Source of the DNA: the human T2T-CHM13v2.0 reference genome, Homo sapiens
Length of the DNA: 64,000 nucleotides
Strand: one strand, 5' to 3'
Assembly (NCBI RefSeq): GCF_009914755.1
Contig: NC_060944.1
The notes beneath the pieces were generated by a model. It did not search any database, had not been told where the DNA came from, and saw only the letters and a list, made by a program, of their open reading frames with translations. This document shows, in pieces, positions 18,656 through 33,239 of this stretch (positions are counted from its first letter, which is position 1; every line of letters begins with the position of its first letter). A program made the translations under genes and the position numbers.

Positions 18656-18930
18656 GCTGGGTGTGATGGCTCACACCTGTAAACCTAGCACTTTGGGAGG
18701 CTGAGGTGGGATGATTGCCTGAGCACAGAAGTTTGAGATCAGCCTGGGTAACATGGTGAAACCTCATTTCTACAAAAGATAACAAAAATTAGCCAGGCAT
18801 GGTGGTGTGCATCTGTAGTCCTAGCTAATAGGCAAGCTAAGGTGGGAGGATTGCTTGAGTCCAGGAGCTCGAGGCTACAGTGAGCCAGCCTGGGCAACAG
18901 AGTAAGATCCTGTCTCAAAAAGAAAAAGAC
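18656..18930 (+). mobile_element. Alu (AluJ-like) inside an MLT1-type LTR remnant
   Basis: Diverged Alu dimer; MLT1-like flanks at about 18600-19360. Confidence 0.85.
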
Positions 18931-21900
18931 AAGAAATTGATAATAAATATCTGTTTAGCTCATGCAAACAGAGGTTAGCTGGGATCTGGCAGATCTAGGT
19001 TGGGCTCAGCTAGGTGACGCTGCTTCCTGCACAGGTTCAGCTAGGCTTGGCTTCCCACTGATGTCTGGGTTCAGGCCAGCAACACTTAGCACACGCTAAG
19101 TCCAGGTTGGTGGGCATGGCTACCTGAGGAAAGCTCTCCTGTGACAATGGCAAAAGTGCATGAGTATAAGTGGAAGCCCAAGAAACCTTGTAAAGCTTGT
19201 GCTTGGAATCGGCACACTGACATTTTTGTATTATTCTATTAGCCAAAGCAAGTCACATGGCCAAACCTAAGTCAAGAGGCAGAGAAATGTGTTCTGCCTT
19301 TGCTGGAGGAGTTTCCACTGTTGACCTTGGCTTAAGACCAATAAGGCAATCTACCATGCTTCCTCTATCTTATGCCAAATTGGGCAAACATGATGTGAAA
19401 TTTAAGTCTTTGCCAGTGCTAGTTTTAGTTATCACTTTTGGCAAAATCCCAAAACCTTAATGATATTCTAAGTTGTTATTAATGGGAGATGAGATGATAC
19501 TAAAAGCTGCACACCCTAAGGCTCCAGGAATCTCTTTATCTCAGACCTGAGCTGGGAATTGTTACTTTATCTTGTATGATGGCTTTGTTCACCTTAGAAT
19601 TATGAAGTGTTTGGAGATGGTGAGCTTGTTCCTCCACAGTGACAACCTGTTAGCACTTCAGCAGCTGCCTCAAATGATCAGACTTGGATTCAGCACACAC
19701 CAGTTGCCCAAACTTGTCAGAATGAAATAAAAGCAGCAAGTAGAATGAATAAATTGTCAGTCATATTGATGTGTGTGTTTTCCTAAATTTTAGGAGAAGG
19801 TTTTGGATTCTGCAAAAATGCCTTTTCTGTGCTTCTCTCAATACCTTGGCTCTCTCATCTGGCATGGATGCAGTTTAGCTGGAAGGAGAAGAGGCAAAGC
19901 TTTTATGTTGGTTGGAATTTGCAGCCTTAAATTTACAGGACTTTTTCCAACTTAGCATGGAAAAGACTTGCAGTTTTATGCTTTTTGTGAGTTATAAGTC
20001 ATAAAGCATATGCTAGGGGTGGCATCACTGTTGTGTTCTTGGCCATCTAAAGAAGGTCTGCGGAAGAAACCTAAGCCTTAAATGATTAAATGTCTTTCCA
20101 AACACTCATAAGTTATTTATACTGTGTCCTTGCATTGGCTAAGCAAGCAAGCAAATGAACCCAGACGTTGATGCTAGTGTCTTACAGTGCATTCTAATTA
20201 AACTATGAATGAAATCATATGCCTTATGCATGCCGTTAAGATGCCTGCATGCTTAGTGGCTTGCTTCTGTTTGTATAAATTCACAGGCCACACCTGGCAG
20301 TCACAGGCCGCCCCTCTCCTCCCTGAGCCTGGTCCCCAGCAGGGCCAGAGAGGCCGCCATGGCCCAGTAGGAGTCAGGGGAAGGGGAGTCGGGTGAAGGA
20401 AAGCTGAGAATAGGATCTTGTGTAGACACAGGCTGTGGCATGGCCCTGCTTTGACCATCTAGCTGGGCTGTAGGGCCTGTTGGGGCCTGGAGTGGCCTCA
20501 GCTCGGGTCTGCCATGAGCTCTTTCCACTCCCCGAAGGCCCTGTATAAGTAATGTCATTTTCTATTTGCACAGCAAAATCAGGGACACAGTTTTCTAAAG
20601 CACGAGGTGCCTCCCCTCCCCCAGTCCAATGGATGGTCTACCCTGGTTGGTGGGCCCCTGTTTGTGTCAGAGACAGAACACTCCGCAGGGTTCCGGTTAG
20701 CTGTCCACAGGTCACTGGCAAGTGGAAACAGAGCAGCAGAGCCCTCTGGAGCCACGGAAGGCCTGCTGCTCGCCACGCAATATCTACTCAGCTGCTGCTG
20801 GCCCCCTGGGGGTGGCATTGCTAGTGATGTATAGAATCCTGGGACTAGTGCCAGCGACCCTAGGGATACCCTGGGTGATCTGGACATGCACTGTTATGGT
20901 GGCCTTTATGGTCAGGAGACGACATGCAGTGAAAAGAAGGGCAGAGCCGGCCTAAAGGGATGCGGTCCAGGGCGTGGTCCAAGGAAAGGCCAGAGCCAGG
21001 ATGCAGTCAGCACCCCAGGCTGGTGGGGGGCCTCATGTCACCCATGCCACAGGCCAGTCCTGGATTGCTCCAAACCCTCTGCCTAGGGTTCTGAATGAAA
21101 TAAGCAGGTCTTTCCCATCAGGACCTAGGTGAGCTTCTGAAAAAAGCATCAAAAAGGAAGCCTCCTGAACTTCCCCAAGTGACTGATGCAAACCACGTCC
21201 ATATACTTCACAGCTGGGGCAGAAGATCAGGGGAAAATTGCGGATGATCTGAATGATAGCAGTGACCACCAGCAACCTACAGAGCTGCCCAACCAGGAAA
21301 TTGTCAGATGGAAGCAACGCTTGCAGGCAAAGAAGGCTGAAGCAGGCCAAGGCAGGAATGAAACAGTCATAAATGTTGGAGTGAAGCGACTGACCTCCCC
21401 GGTCCACACCCCGGCCCAGCGTCCTGCATCTGCTGGAGGATGGTGGAGACCATGTGGAGGATGGGGACTTGGCAGTGGAGGAGAACATGGAAGCAGGATA
21501 TGGCAGTCCCCTAGCGTCCCAGCCACAAGTCCTCTGAAGAGTGTGGATGACGATGGTGACTTAGGTGCATCCTTCGAATGTCCTGAGGGGGAGACTGGAG
21601 AAGCAGACACGCAATTGTGGGAAGAAATCAAAGGCATAAAGAACTCACAGCACAAGTCCAAAGTCTGATCAGCGAGCAGGCCTCTCTGCAGGGTGCAAGG
21701 GCACAGCTGGAGAGGGAGCTCCCGAAGCTACAGCCGACGCTTCCTGTTCTGCCTGATCTCCACCGAGAACACATGATGGGGCCTCATGGGAGTCCACAGA
21801 GGAGGACGCCTACTGCCTGGACCTTGAGCAGAGACTTCACAAGGTGCACACATACATGAACCACATGTCACAACCCACAACCACTACAAGAAGATGGCCC

Positions 21901-22110
21901 AAGACCTGGCCCAGAAATTGAAGAAAGACACTTCCAGTTTTCAGAGGGAGATCCTCTGCCACAAGAGAACAGCCCAGGAAAGCTAGATGGCCGCTGCGAC
22001 CACTGAGATAGAACTCCAGGTGCTGCAGAAAGAAAATGACTACAGCAGGCAGAAGCCGGCTGACTGCAAGGCCAAGTTGCAGCCTTTCCTGAGTGGCCCT
22101 TTGGCTCCTA

Positions 22111-22512
<402 letters not shown>

Positions 22513-22710
22513 TCACAATGTGAGCGCTTGGGTCCAGAGCACCTACCGATTTGATTCTGTTTTCCCTTTAGCCAAGTTCTGAATGCCCAGAGCCTCGGCA
22601 GAACATCAGCCGGTGCTGCTCCCTTTAAAGCACTTTTGATTGCTCTCTCGTTAGTTTAGCTACAGCTTATTGATGCTGAAATTGCTCTTATTGAAGTTTG
22701 ATCATGTTAA

Positions 22711-23050
<340 letters not shown>

Positions 23051-23169
23051 AAGGTACTGTTTTTCAAATAACGATTGTTTAATATAAAAAAAAAATGCAC
23101 AAGGATAAAGCGGAAAGTACCAGATGTATAAACCAATTAGTAACTGTCGCTTCTTGGTGGTGGTTTATT

Positions 23170-23610
23170 TTGGTCCCCCTGAGACAAGGATTTAGATGCA
23201 GTAATTTATTTGGTGAGTGATTCCAGAAGGATGGAGGAGGGGTAGGGAAATGGGAGAGAGAAGGGAAAGAACGAGTGTTAAAGATCAGATGCCACCATTG
23301 GCAACGGGGGCTCAGTGGCGCTAGGAGCTCTGCGAGGTGCTGGAGACCTCACCTGCGAGTGGTTTTACCCACAGAGTAAGGGAGCTGGGGTGTTTATCCA
23401 CAACTTCCTTCCATCATTGGTGAGGACTGCTCCAAAAGGCAGTAACTTCCTGGCACTTCTGGCCACCCATGCGTGATTCAAGTATGCTCCTGTCACCAGA
23501 GAGACTTCAGGAAGAGACTCACGGGTACCTGCAGTGGGAAACCCTTGGCATGGATGGGAACAGTGGGTGTGGAGGGGACAAGGGAGGCACCATGAGCATC
23601 CATCACAGGG
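23170..23610 (-). mobile_element. LTR16-like (ERVL) solo LTR
   Basis: ccctgagacaaggattt...atttatttgg motif typical of reverse LTR16. Confidence 0.5.
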
Positions 23611-23899
23611 TGCTTAAGAGATTTTGAGGCAAGGAACTAATTTGTAGCTTTTAAAACTGAACGCAGAAACTGTATGCCTACAAGGTCTTTGGTCTGAATG
23701 GAGAAATGAGATCTTTTCGTTCATGGCTATTTGAGTTACTTAAATTTGGACACAATCATACAGCGAACCATTATAACCACTAAAAAATGAGGGCCATCTC
23801 CTGTGCTAATATGAAACTCTCTTTGAGTTATAGTTTTGAGTAGAAAAAAGCACAGTACAAACAATATTTAGAATATGCTCCCATTTTAAAAAAAAAAAG

Positions 23900-24625
23900 C
23901 TTTGTTTGGGTATAATTTAAATACCACAAAATTTACCTATTTTAAGTGTACCAGTGTAGTGTTTTAGTAAATTTATACAGCTTTCCAGAAACTTTACATA
24001 AGTGGAACTATACCATATATGGTCTTTTGTGCCTGACTACTCCCACTCAACATAGTGTTATTAAAGTCATCCACGTTGTAGCAGGTATCAATAGCTTGTT
24101 CTTTTTTTTTACCACTGAATAGTATTTCATTGCATGGATTTATCACACTTTGTTTATCCATTCTACATTTGGACTGTTTTTAATTTTATTGTTATAAATC
24201 ATGCTATTGTGAACACCCACATACAAGTCTTTATGTAGACACATATTTTCACTTCTCTTGAGTAAATACCTATGAGTGGAATTTCTGGGTGATGTGTTAA
24301 GTTTATGTTTATTTCTTTAAGAAACTACCCAACTGTTTTCCGAAGAGACTGTACCATTTTATGTTCCCATCAACTATGTATGGTGCTTCCAGTTCTCTGA
24401 GTCCTCATTGACAGTTGGTAATATCACTCTTTTCTATTTCAGCCATTCTGATAGATGTGTTGTGGCATCTTATTGTGGTTTTAGCCTTTCCCTACAGACT
24501 AATGATGTTAAGCATCTTTTCATGTGCTCATTTGCCATTTGCATAGCTTCTTTGATAAAATGTCTGTTCAAATCTTTTGCTTATTTTGTGTTGGGTTGTT
24601 TTTCTCCTTCCTGAGTAGTAAGGGT
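23900..24625 (-). mobile_element. Old L1 (L1M) 3' fragment
   Basis: Reverse L1 3'/ORF2-end motifs (gtaaatacctatgagtggaatt, gcatcttttcatgtgctc). Confidence 0.8.
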
Positions 24626-26639
24626 TTGGATAATTGCAATTATTTTCTGTAAGTTCAAAATTATTTCCAAATAAAAAGTTAAAAAAGCAATTCTAGCTCC
24701 CATCACACTGCAGCACCCCCCCATTCAGAATGGCATACTTGGGAATTGTTTCATAGCGTGGGCATCCTCACTGAAAGAATCAAAAGGAAGAGCAAGATCA
24801 GACTTTCAATCTTTTGTTAAAAATAGTCATTGTCTGGTAATAATACTCCCTGGATTACTTTTTGTCTGTGAATAGGAAGTTGGTGGTTAAAATGTCCAGA
24901 TGTTGGGTAAAGAAAGACATGAGAGTACTCATGATTATCTTCCTTTCTTTGGTTACTGCAGAAGTTACTCAGCTTCCTCAGCATTGTCCCTTTGGGTCTG
25001 ATCAAGAGTCACTTGCTTTGTATCCACCTAACAGTGCAGGGTCAGATTCTGAGAATGGAGGAATTGAGGGGAGCTATTCATTCACCACCCCTGCAGGAAG
25101 AACACAGGCACTAGTAAGCTCAGCAATAGACTTCCCCACTCTAATCCACTCCACAGTGGCCTCTCGGACAGTCAGCCCCATTTGTGGGGTCACCATTCTT
25201 TCCCTTGCCCCCAGATCACTACTTCTCTCTAGTTCTCATATAATGAATCAACTGCGTGCCTGCAGCTAATTGACTGAGTTCAAATTAATGGGCTAATCGG
25301 CCAATAGCAGAGGAAATCAAGAAATATGAGGTGGAAAAGAAAGAAGTTCCCATCCATTTGCCATATCATGACTTTAGGTCAGTTGGCTTGTACTTCATGG
25401 CTTCTTTCAATTCTTCAAATATTTAGTGAGCATCAACTATTCATTCATTCTTTCATGGACACCGAATACGTACCAGATACTATGTGAGGCTAGTGGGGCT
25501 TAGTAGTGAACAAAAGAGGCAGAGTACTTTCTCCTAAGAGGCTTCCATTCGAGTGGGAGAAATAGATTATAACAATTGGGCAAATGAATACGTAATACAT
25601 GTCAGGTTATAATAGGAATTACAAAATGAAGTAAAACACAATAAAAAAGTAGAGACAGGTGCATAAAAATTCTGGAAGGATGTACTCCAAATGATTAATA
25701 AATAGACCTGTAGCTTTTAAAATTTATGTCTTCTAAATGTTCTGTAACAAACATGTATTTTTTAAAAAAATGAAAAGTTATTTTAAATATATAAAAAGCA
25801 CTGGGTTTGAATGTCCCACATGATTAATTGTGTCACCTGTTGTATCATAATTTTATTACCAAAAATACTGAAAAAAGTTCAACTGGAAAATAATACATAG
25901 TCTTTATTATCTGGGGTGTGGTTTCAACATATTTTAGGAATCTTGATATCTGGAAATATAAATAAATTATAGAAAACTAGACATGTTTATAAAATGCCTT
26001 CCAGATGGGTAATTTGAAATGATGAATAATCTCTTCCGGTCTTGGTAAACAGCAAAATGTGCTAAATAGGTCAGAATAGAAAAATAGTCGTATCACGTGC
26101 AAGAAACAGAGAACAAAGCATTGGAGCCCAAAATGCTATTTCTAATGCTGCTTTGTTTTGTTATGTTCTTACTGGCAAATGAAGGGCAAATGTGTGTTTA
26201 CGAGGTCACACAATAAAATATAAAGTGAAAATTTCAGTCATTTGGTTAGCTTGGCCCAAGGAGACTATCAGGCTTGGAAAAATCAGACAAAAATAAATCA
26301 TGTTAAGTAAGGTCCAATCCAGCCGCTTGCCTGGGGCTCAGCTCCCTGGGGTGTTTGGACCCATGTTTGGTAGGTGGACGTGAGGTCGCGGTGCACACTT
26401 GCCCTTTCCCCTCCTCCCACCCCCTCCCCAGTGCTTCCACAAGTCTGACTCTGCCTTGTCACTGATTGACTTTGCCTTCCAAAATGAGATGACATGTTTA
26501 TTGTCTAACATCATCACTGATTACGACAACAATCACTCACAACAACTGGTGTGGTCACACAACATCTCACCCCAGATGTCCACCTAAATCCTCCACCTCT
26601 CATGTGATTAAAGTCATTCAATCTCTGGTCTATAGTAAT

Positions 26640-26932
26640 TTTATATTTTATATTTTGGAGACAGGGTTTTGCCCTTTCATCCAGGCTGGAGTGCAGTGGC
26701 ACAATCAGACCGCACTGGAACTCCTGGAACTCAAGCATCCTCCCACCTTAGGCTCACAAGTAGCTGGGATTACAGGTGCATGCCATCATACCCAGCTAAT
26801 TTTTTTTTTTTGTAGAGACATGGTCTTCATATGTTGCCCAGTCTGGCTTTGAACTCCTGGCCTCAAGTGATCCGCCCACCTCAGCCTCCCAAAAAGTATC
26901 AGGATTACAGGTGTGAGCCATCATGCCTGGCC
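26640..26932 (-). mobile_element. Alu (AluJ-like)
   Basis: Diverged reverse Alu. Confidence 0.9.
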
Positions 26933-29215
26933 CTGGTCTACACTGATTTTAAAATCCACTTGGCCATTTCTGGTGTTAGAATAAACCAAATCCTATCCAA
27001 ATATTAATTTAATTTTATGTTTTATAAGCTTGATCATGTAATATTTATCCATTTAAGCACCAACAAAGAAACTCAAATTTGTATCTGTGTGGATTATTAA
27101 CTGGCTCTGAGCTCTATGGCTTTCTGCAGTATTTCCAGCAGGTTTCAAAGTGATCAGTCCTAATAACTCTGAGGTTTGCATTTTGTTTATTTATTTTTTA
27201 AATTGCTTGTTGAGTCTAACAACAATGAATCCAACTTGCACTTTCTTATTTTGTGTTCCTAGGTAATTCATTATTGAGAAAGCAATTTATGCTAGTTAAG
27301 AGAAGGCCTATAATGAGGCAAGAATTCTGCTTACAAAGGTAAAGTAATTTAAGCAAAAGCTAAAATTTAAAAGTTCGATAGTAGTCAATAAAAATTAAAG
27401 AAGTTATACATAGGAATCTTTGAAATTATGTCTAAAGCAATACATTGGCTCCCTTTTTCTTATAACAAAAACCAAGTTCACTGAAAGTAATTTATTTCTT
27501 TTTATGGAACTACATTGTGCATTATATGAGTTCAATCTTGCCATCAATAGATTTCTTAGGCTTTGTTTTGAAAAGTTGCTTTTCTTTTTCTTCTTTGGAC
27601 TTTTCAAAAGCAGAAGTTTCCCTGACATGCTCGGTGTGGTATTTGCTGATGCGTGCATGTGTGTGGTTTTAATTTTTAGGTTTGTTTCCCCTCAACCTTT
27701 TCTTTGAGTTAATGTGAATCACAGCTGTATTTTTCATTCCTGAGCACTGTGATTCATTGCCGTTGACTTCCTCTGGAGCCCGCTACACCACAGAGTCCTG
27801 TGGGAAACTGATTAGTCACTGCTGAGCAAGGTACCTTGCAAGCCATGGTCAGCATCGGCTCAAACAACTGTCTTTGGGCAACGATGAAAGTTGTTGTAGC
27901 ATCTTCCTTTGGGAAAGTAAGAAAGCTTCCCTTTAGGGGTTCATATAGTTTGTAGCAATCCATGGATTCATCTTGATAACATACGGGAAAATTTGATGTT
28001 GAAAAAGATAAACGTCTTCTTTGGTTAAGAAGATTTTGGGTCACACTTCTGCCTTCAAGAAACAGACATTGATCACAGCCCCTTGCCAGTGGCATATAAA
28101 TAGTATTTGTGGATAGCTTGAACCTTACTATATTGGTGCAGCTTTGAAAAACTTGGAACAGATTCATTTATCTCAAACATACTTTTATCTAACTTCCTTG
28201 AGTCTAATTTTAGAAATTTTCAAGCCAAGGGATTTTTCTTTATAAGCTAGACTTACAAAGAATTCCTAAAGTCATGCCTTAACAGTAATCAATTATTCTC
28301 CATAAGTTTCCACTTGCAGTTAGCATTGCTGATTAACAGTTTGTGATCACCTATTCTAAGGGTGGAGAGGCGACCCTACCTCCATTTGATATCACCTAAC
28401 CTGAAGGGGCTTTGGCGGCTATGTCTGTGATAATGAGAACTCGAATTTTCCTGTTCAGAGTAAAGGCTCTATAAGTTTAAGGAATTGGAGCAGTTTAAGA
28501 GCAGGGACAAATGGTTAACCAGTTAAATAAGCCAAACAAGGTGTCAGAAGATCAAATTCTGGTTTGATCCTTGGGTAGCCTTGGGAAAGAATTTTTGCCT
28601 TGCTAGGCCTCGGGCTTTTTACGTGTCTGTTAGCATGGAGAGCTTGAGGTGGAAATGCAAACAGAAAACAGTGCACCCGGGTAGAAGTTGCATGTGGTTG
28701 CCTTGCAGTTAGAACTGGGTCACACAAACAAAAAGCCTGATCAAATATTTCCTGAACATATAGGAAGTATAATTCCTTAACCTCTGCATAAAAGAGGATT
28801 GCCAGCCATATTCTGTTGAGACAAGAGGACATTGATACAATTCCTGATGCATCTGAATAACTGAAAGAAGATTTAGAAAATTTGCAAATTTCAGGATGAA
28901 TAAGAGAAAAGTAAATAAAAACTAAAAACAAGACAATATTAAGTTGTTCAAGAGAGGAACATTTATCATAATATACTGTGTATTTCAGTGATGAATACAA
29001 TATTGGCATGATTGCAATATAATCATGTAGAGAAAATGGAGACATAGTCATATAGAGAATGTGGAGACAAGAAGTGTGTACATTTGCTAGAGCTGGGATG
29101 GGGGTGGAGGTGGTAGAGTTCAATCCTTGCCTTCCATAATGGGGAATCAACAGTCTAAAACTGAAAATTCCAGAAGTTGCAACACGTGTGTTATTACTTG
29201 GAAGTAAATACCAAC

Positions 29216-29582
29216 TGGGTTGGTCCATTCCGGCTGCTCTAACAAAATACCTTAAACTGAGTAATTTATAAACAATAGAAATGTACTGCTCACAGTTCCG
29301 GAGCCCGGAAATCCTGAGTTCAAGGTGCTAGCTGACTCAGTCCCTGGGGAAGGCTCACCCTTTCCTTCAAAGATGAAGGTTTCTAGCTGTGTCCTCACTT
29401 GGCAGACGGGGCAAACAAGCTCACTCAGGCCTCTTTTATAAGGGCAGTAATCCCATTCATGAGAGCTTCACTCAAGACCTAATCACCTCCTAAAGGCCCT
29501 ACCTCTTAATACTATTGCAATGGGGATTCGGTTTCAATGTATAAATTTGGGGGCGGGGGGCACAAACATTTAGATTATAGCA
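29216..29582 (-). mobile_element. MST/MLT1A-type MaLR solo LTR
   Basis: TG...CA termini, MaLR motifs, exact 5-bp TSD CCAAC at 29211-29215 and 29583-29587. Confidence 0.9.
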
Positions 29583-29971
29583 CCAACACAATTAGCTAAA
29601 AAGATTGAAAGTGGTTGACTCTAAGGAGAGGGAAGTGGGGAGAAATGCTTTTTATGTGAATAATATTTATGGATCTATTTGACTTTTTGTATAATTTTGA
29701 TGAAACTAAAGACTGAAAAAGTCATAAGAATTTTTTTAAATAAAATCAATGAATCAAAAAGAAAGACACTGATGCCCACTGAGGTTCAATAACTTGTCTA
29801 GGGTTCACCACTGACAATGGGGCAAAGCCAAGATTCAAAAGCTCTCAGTTCAGCTCTAGAGCCTGAGCACTCCATCACTATTGAATATCGCCTCTCCAAA
29901 AAACATTAAATATACTCATCATCATTCATCATTCAATATCAAAAAATGTGAATTAAAATAACGGTGAAGTA

Positions 29972-30349
29972 TAGTCATGCATCCCTTAACGATGGGGTAC
30001 ATTCTGAGAAATGCATCATTTGGCAATTTTGCCATTGTGCAAATGTTGTAGAGTGCACTTACACAAAAATGGTAGAGCCCACTACACAGGTAGGCTATAT
30101 GGTATAGTCTCTTGCTTCTGAGTTACAAACCTGTGCAGCATGTACTGTACTGAATACCATCAGGCAATTGTAACATAAAAATAAGTACTAAACATATTTA
30201 ACATAGAAAATGTACAGTAAAAATATGGTATAAAAGATTTTTTTTAAATAGTACACCTGTATAGTGCAGCTCCATTATAATCTTATGGCACCACCATTGT
30301 ATATACAGTCCATCATTAACTGAAATGTCATTGTACAAGGCACAACTGT
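29972..30349. mobile_element. Tigger3/Golem-like DNA transposon
   Basis: Termini tagtcatgcatcccttaacg...gcacaactgta; internal cattctgagaaatgcatc motif. Confidence 0.75.
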
Positions 30350-30482
30350 ATTATATTGTACTTTTCAGATGAGCAAAAATGTAAACAATTGTTAATGTTC
30401 ATGGTTGGCAAGAGTGTGAAGTCATGGGGATCCTTGCATCACAAGTTCTTAAAAACTGCACATGCCTTGCCCTAGTAATTCA

Positions 30483-30866
<384 letters not shown>

Positions 30867-31159
30867 TCAAAAACAGCAAAAATTAAAAGTAACCGAAACA
30901 TTCATCAGTTGGTTAAATGTATTACTATATGCATTTCACAGGTGTGAAAGGGATGAGGTGGATATATTTGTGTTAACATGAAAAGATGTCCATGTTATAT
31001 TATCAAATGTAAAATGTACATCTCAGGACAGTATGTGCAATATGATCCCTTCATGTAAAAATGTGTGTGCATGTGCACGTGGGCATACATATAGGGTCCG
31101 GAAGGACAGATCTTTAATGGTTGATGACATTTATTTCTAGGTGGGAAAGGATTAGAAGG

Positions 31160-31517
31160 TGTCTTAGCTCAGGCTGCCGTAACAAAATACCATAGGCTGG
31201 GTGGCTTAAACAACAGAAATGTATGTCCTGTCGTTCTGAAGGCTGAGAAGTCCAAGGTCCAGGTGCCAGCATGGTCAGGCTCTGATGAGGGCCCACTTCC
31301 TGGCTTGCAGATAGTCACCTTCTCACACAGCAGAGAGAAGAAGAACCAGCAAGCTCTCTGGTGTCTCTTCTTTGAGGGCACTAATCCCATCACAAGCACC
31401 CCACCCTCATGACCTCATCTAAACCTAATTACCTCCCAAAGATTCCACCTCTAAATAACTTCACAGTGGAGATTAGGGCTTTAACACAGGTATTCACAAA
31501 CATTCAGTTCATAACAA
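31160..31517 (-). mobile_element. MLT1B/C-like solo LTR
   Basis: gtcttagctcaggctgccgtaacaaaatacc...cattcagttcataaca. Confidence 0.85.
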
Positions 31518-31599
31518 GAGGGGACTTTCCCTTTTATTGATACACTTTTGTGTTGTTTTAATATTTACAAAATATTTAACAATTGAAATCGTATATGTA

Positions 31600-31873
31600 T
31601 GAGACAAGGTCTCACCGAGGCTAGAGTGCAGTGGCACAATCACGGCTCACTGTAACCTCGACCTCCCAAGTTCATGCCATCTTCCCACCTCACCCTCCTG
31701 GTAGCTGGGACCACAGGTGCATGCCACCATGCCTAGCTAATTCTTTTATTTTTGTAGAGATGGGGTCTCACTATGTTGCCTGGACTGGTCTGAAACCCCT
31801 GAGCTCAAATGATCCTCCTGCCTCAGCCTCCCAAAATGCTGGGATTACAGGCATGAGCCACCACACCCAGCTG
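31600..31873 (-). mobile_element. Alu (AluJ-like)
   Basis: Diverged reverse Alu. Confidence 0.9.
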
Positions 31874-32861
31874 AAAATATACTTTTATTTAAAAGGCAAA
31901 AGCATATAGCTATGAGTGATAAGTGATCAGAGACGACATCTAATCCAAACTTTCAATTTGTATAGGTAATCAAAGAGATTTAATAAATTTCTCAAAGTCA
32001 CACAAATGCAAATGCAAATAAAAACTCAAGATTTCTGGTCTGATGAGTATCAAATTACTGTAATCAATAAAGTATTAAAATAAAACAATGGCATTATATG
32101 GTTCTCATTAAATTTAAAAGGCTCAAACAGACAACTCAAAATGTGTCTCTAATATTCTAGGCGATTTGTTGCCATTTTCACATCAACATTGGTTTTTACT
32201 GCTAATCCTGTTGATTTTAACCTTGTTTTGTGACAGTTATAAAGACTGGTAAGATCAAGTGGCCAATGTTATGATTATTTATTTGAAAGGTGAAACCAGA
32301 AAACAAAGCCTGATTCTAAATAAGGTCATTTTAAATGGCAAATGAACAGATGCCAGTTTTAAGAGACTCCATCGTAGCCTTTCTCAGTGAGTGAGATTTT
32401 AACATTGTAACGTATCACCAAAAAGTAAAGTAATGCACTACAGACTCTTAAATTGTCACTATTTCCCTTAAACCCCCTCAAAACACAGACAAAAAATAAT
32501 AATTTAGGAAATACGAGAAGTGTGGGCGAGGGGTCTGGGCATGTTACTTCTATCACAGATTTGGAGAGATGTTGGCCAATTGTCAACAGTCTGTTTCTGG
32601 GTCCTGTGGTCTAGAGTCCCCCAAGAGCAAGCCAGGGGTCTCCCTGAGCCAGCCCAGCCTCAGGTGTGTTTCCACCAGGTTCCAGGCCAGGCCAGTCTTC
32701 CTGGGCCAGTGTGGACCATGTACTTCCTGTGGTTAGCTGGGGTTCTCTAACTTTCCCATCTGAGTCCCCTGGGGAGCTGGTGAAAACTCCCTCAGGGTTT
32801 CTGATGCGATAGGTCTGGACTGGAGCCTGATAATTTGCATTTATAATTCCTTCTGCACCAT

Positions 32862-33072
32862 ATGCTGGTAGCCAGCTCTGGGATGGGTTGTGGAGCAAGC
32901 AGACCTAATTTACAGCATTTGCTGACTTCCATGCGGTATAAATACTCCCACCAAGCTACCAAGGGTTTCACATATTTAGTAAATATGTGAAATTACTGAA
33001 TATGCTGCATATTTAGTAACTGGCTCTTGTGAGCTGGTGTGAGCTGGTGTGAACTGGCTGCAGAACATTGCT
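32862..33072. mobile_element. MER63-like hAT element
   Basis: atttgctgacttccatgcggtataaatactcccacc and ggctcttgtgagctgg motifs. Confidence 0.6.
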
Positions 33073-33239
33073 GCAGGTGAGACTGATACTGCTGATCTAA
33101 ACGAGCTGTCTGGCTTTCTACCAAGAGTTTCATCCATTGGTGATCCTGCCCGCTTTAACTCTGTTTCTCCACCCCTGACTGTGTGTCTCAGCTCCATACT
33201 CATCTATCCAACTATCCTTTGGTCATTTCCACTTGGGAG

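Noticed and set aside
24862-25269. 135-aa ORF with signal-peptide-like MRVLMIIFLSLVTA
   Set aside because: No recognisable homology, splice structure or promoter; length is compatible with chance
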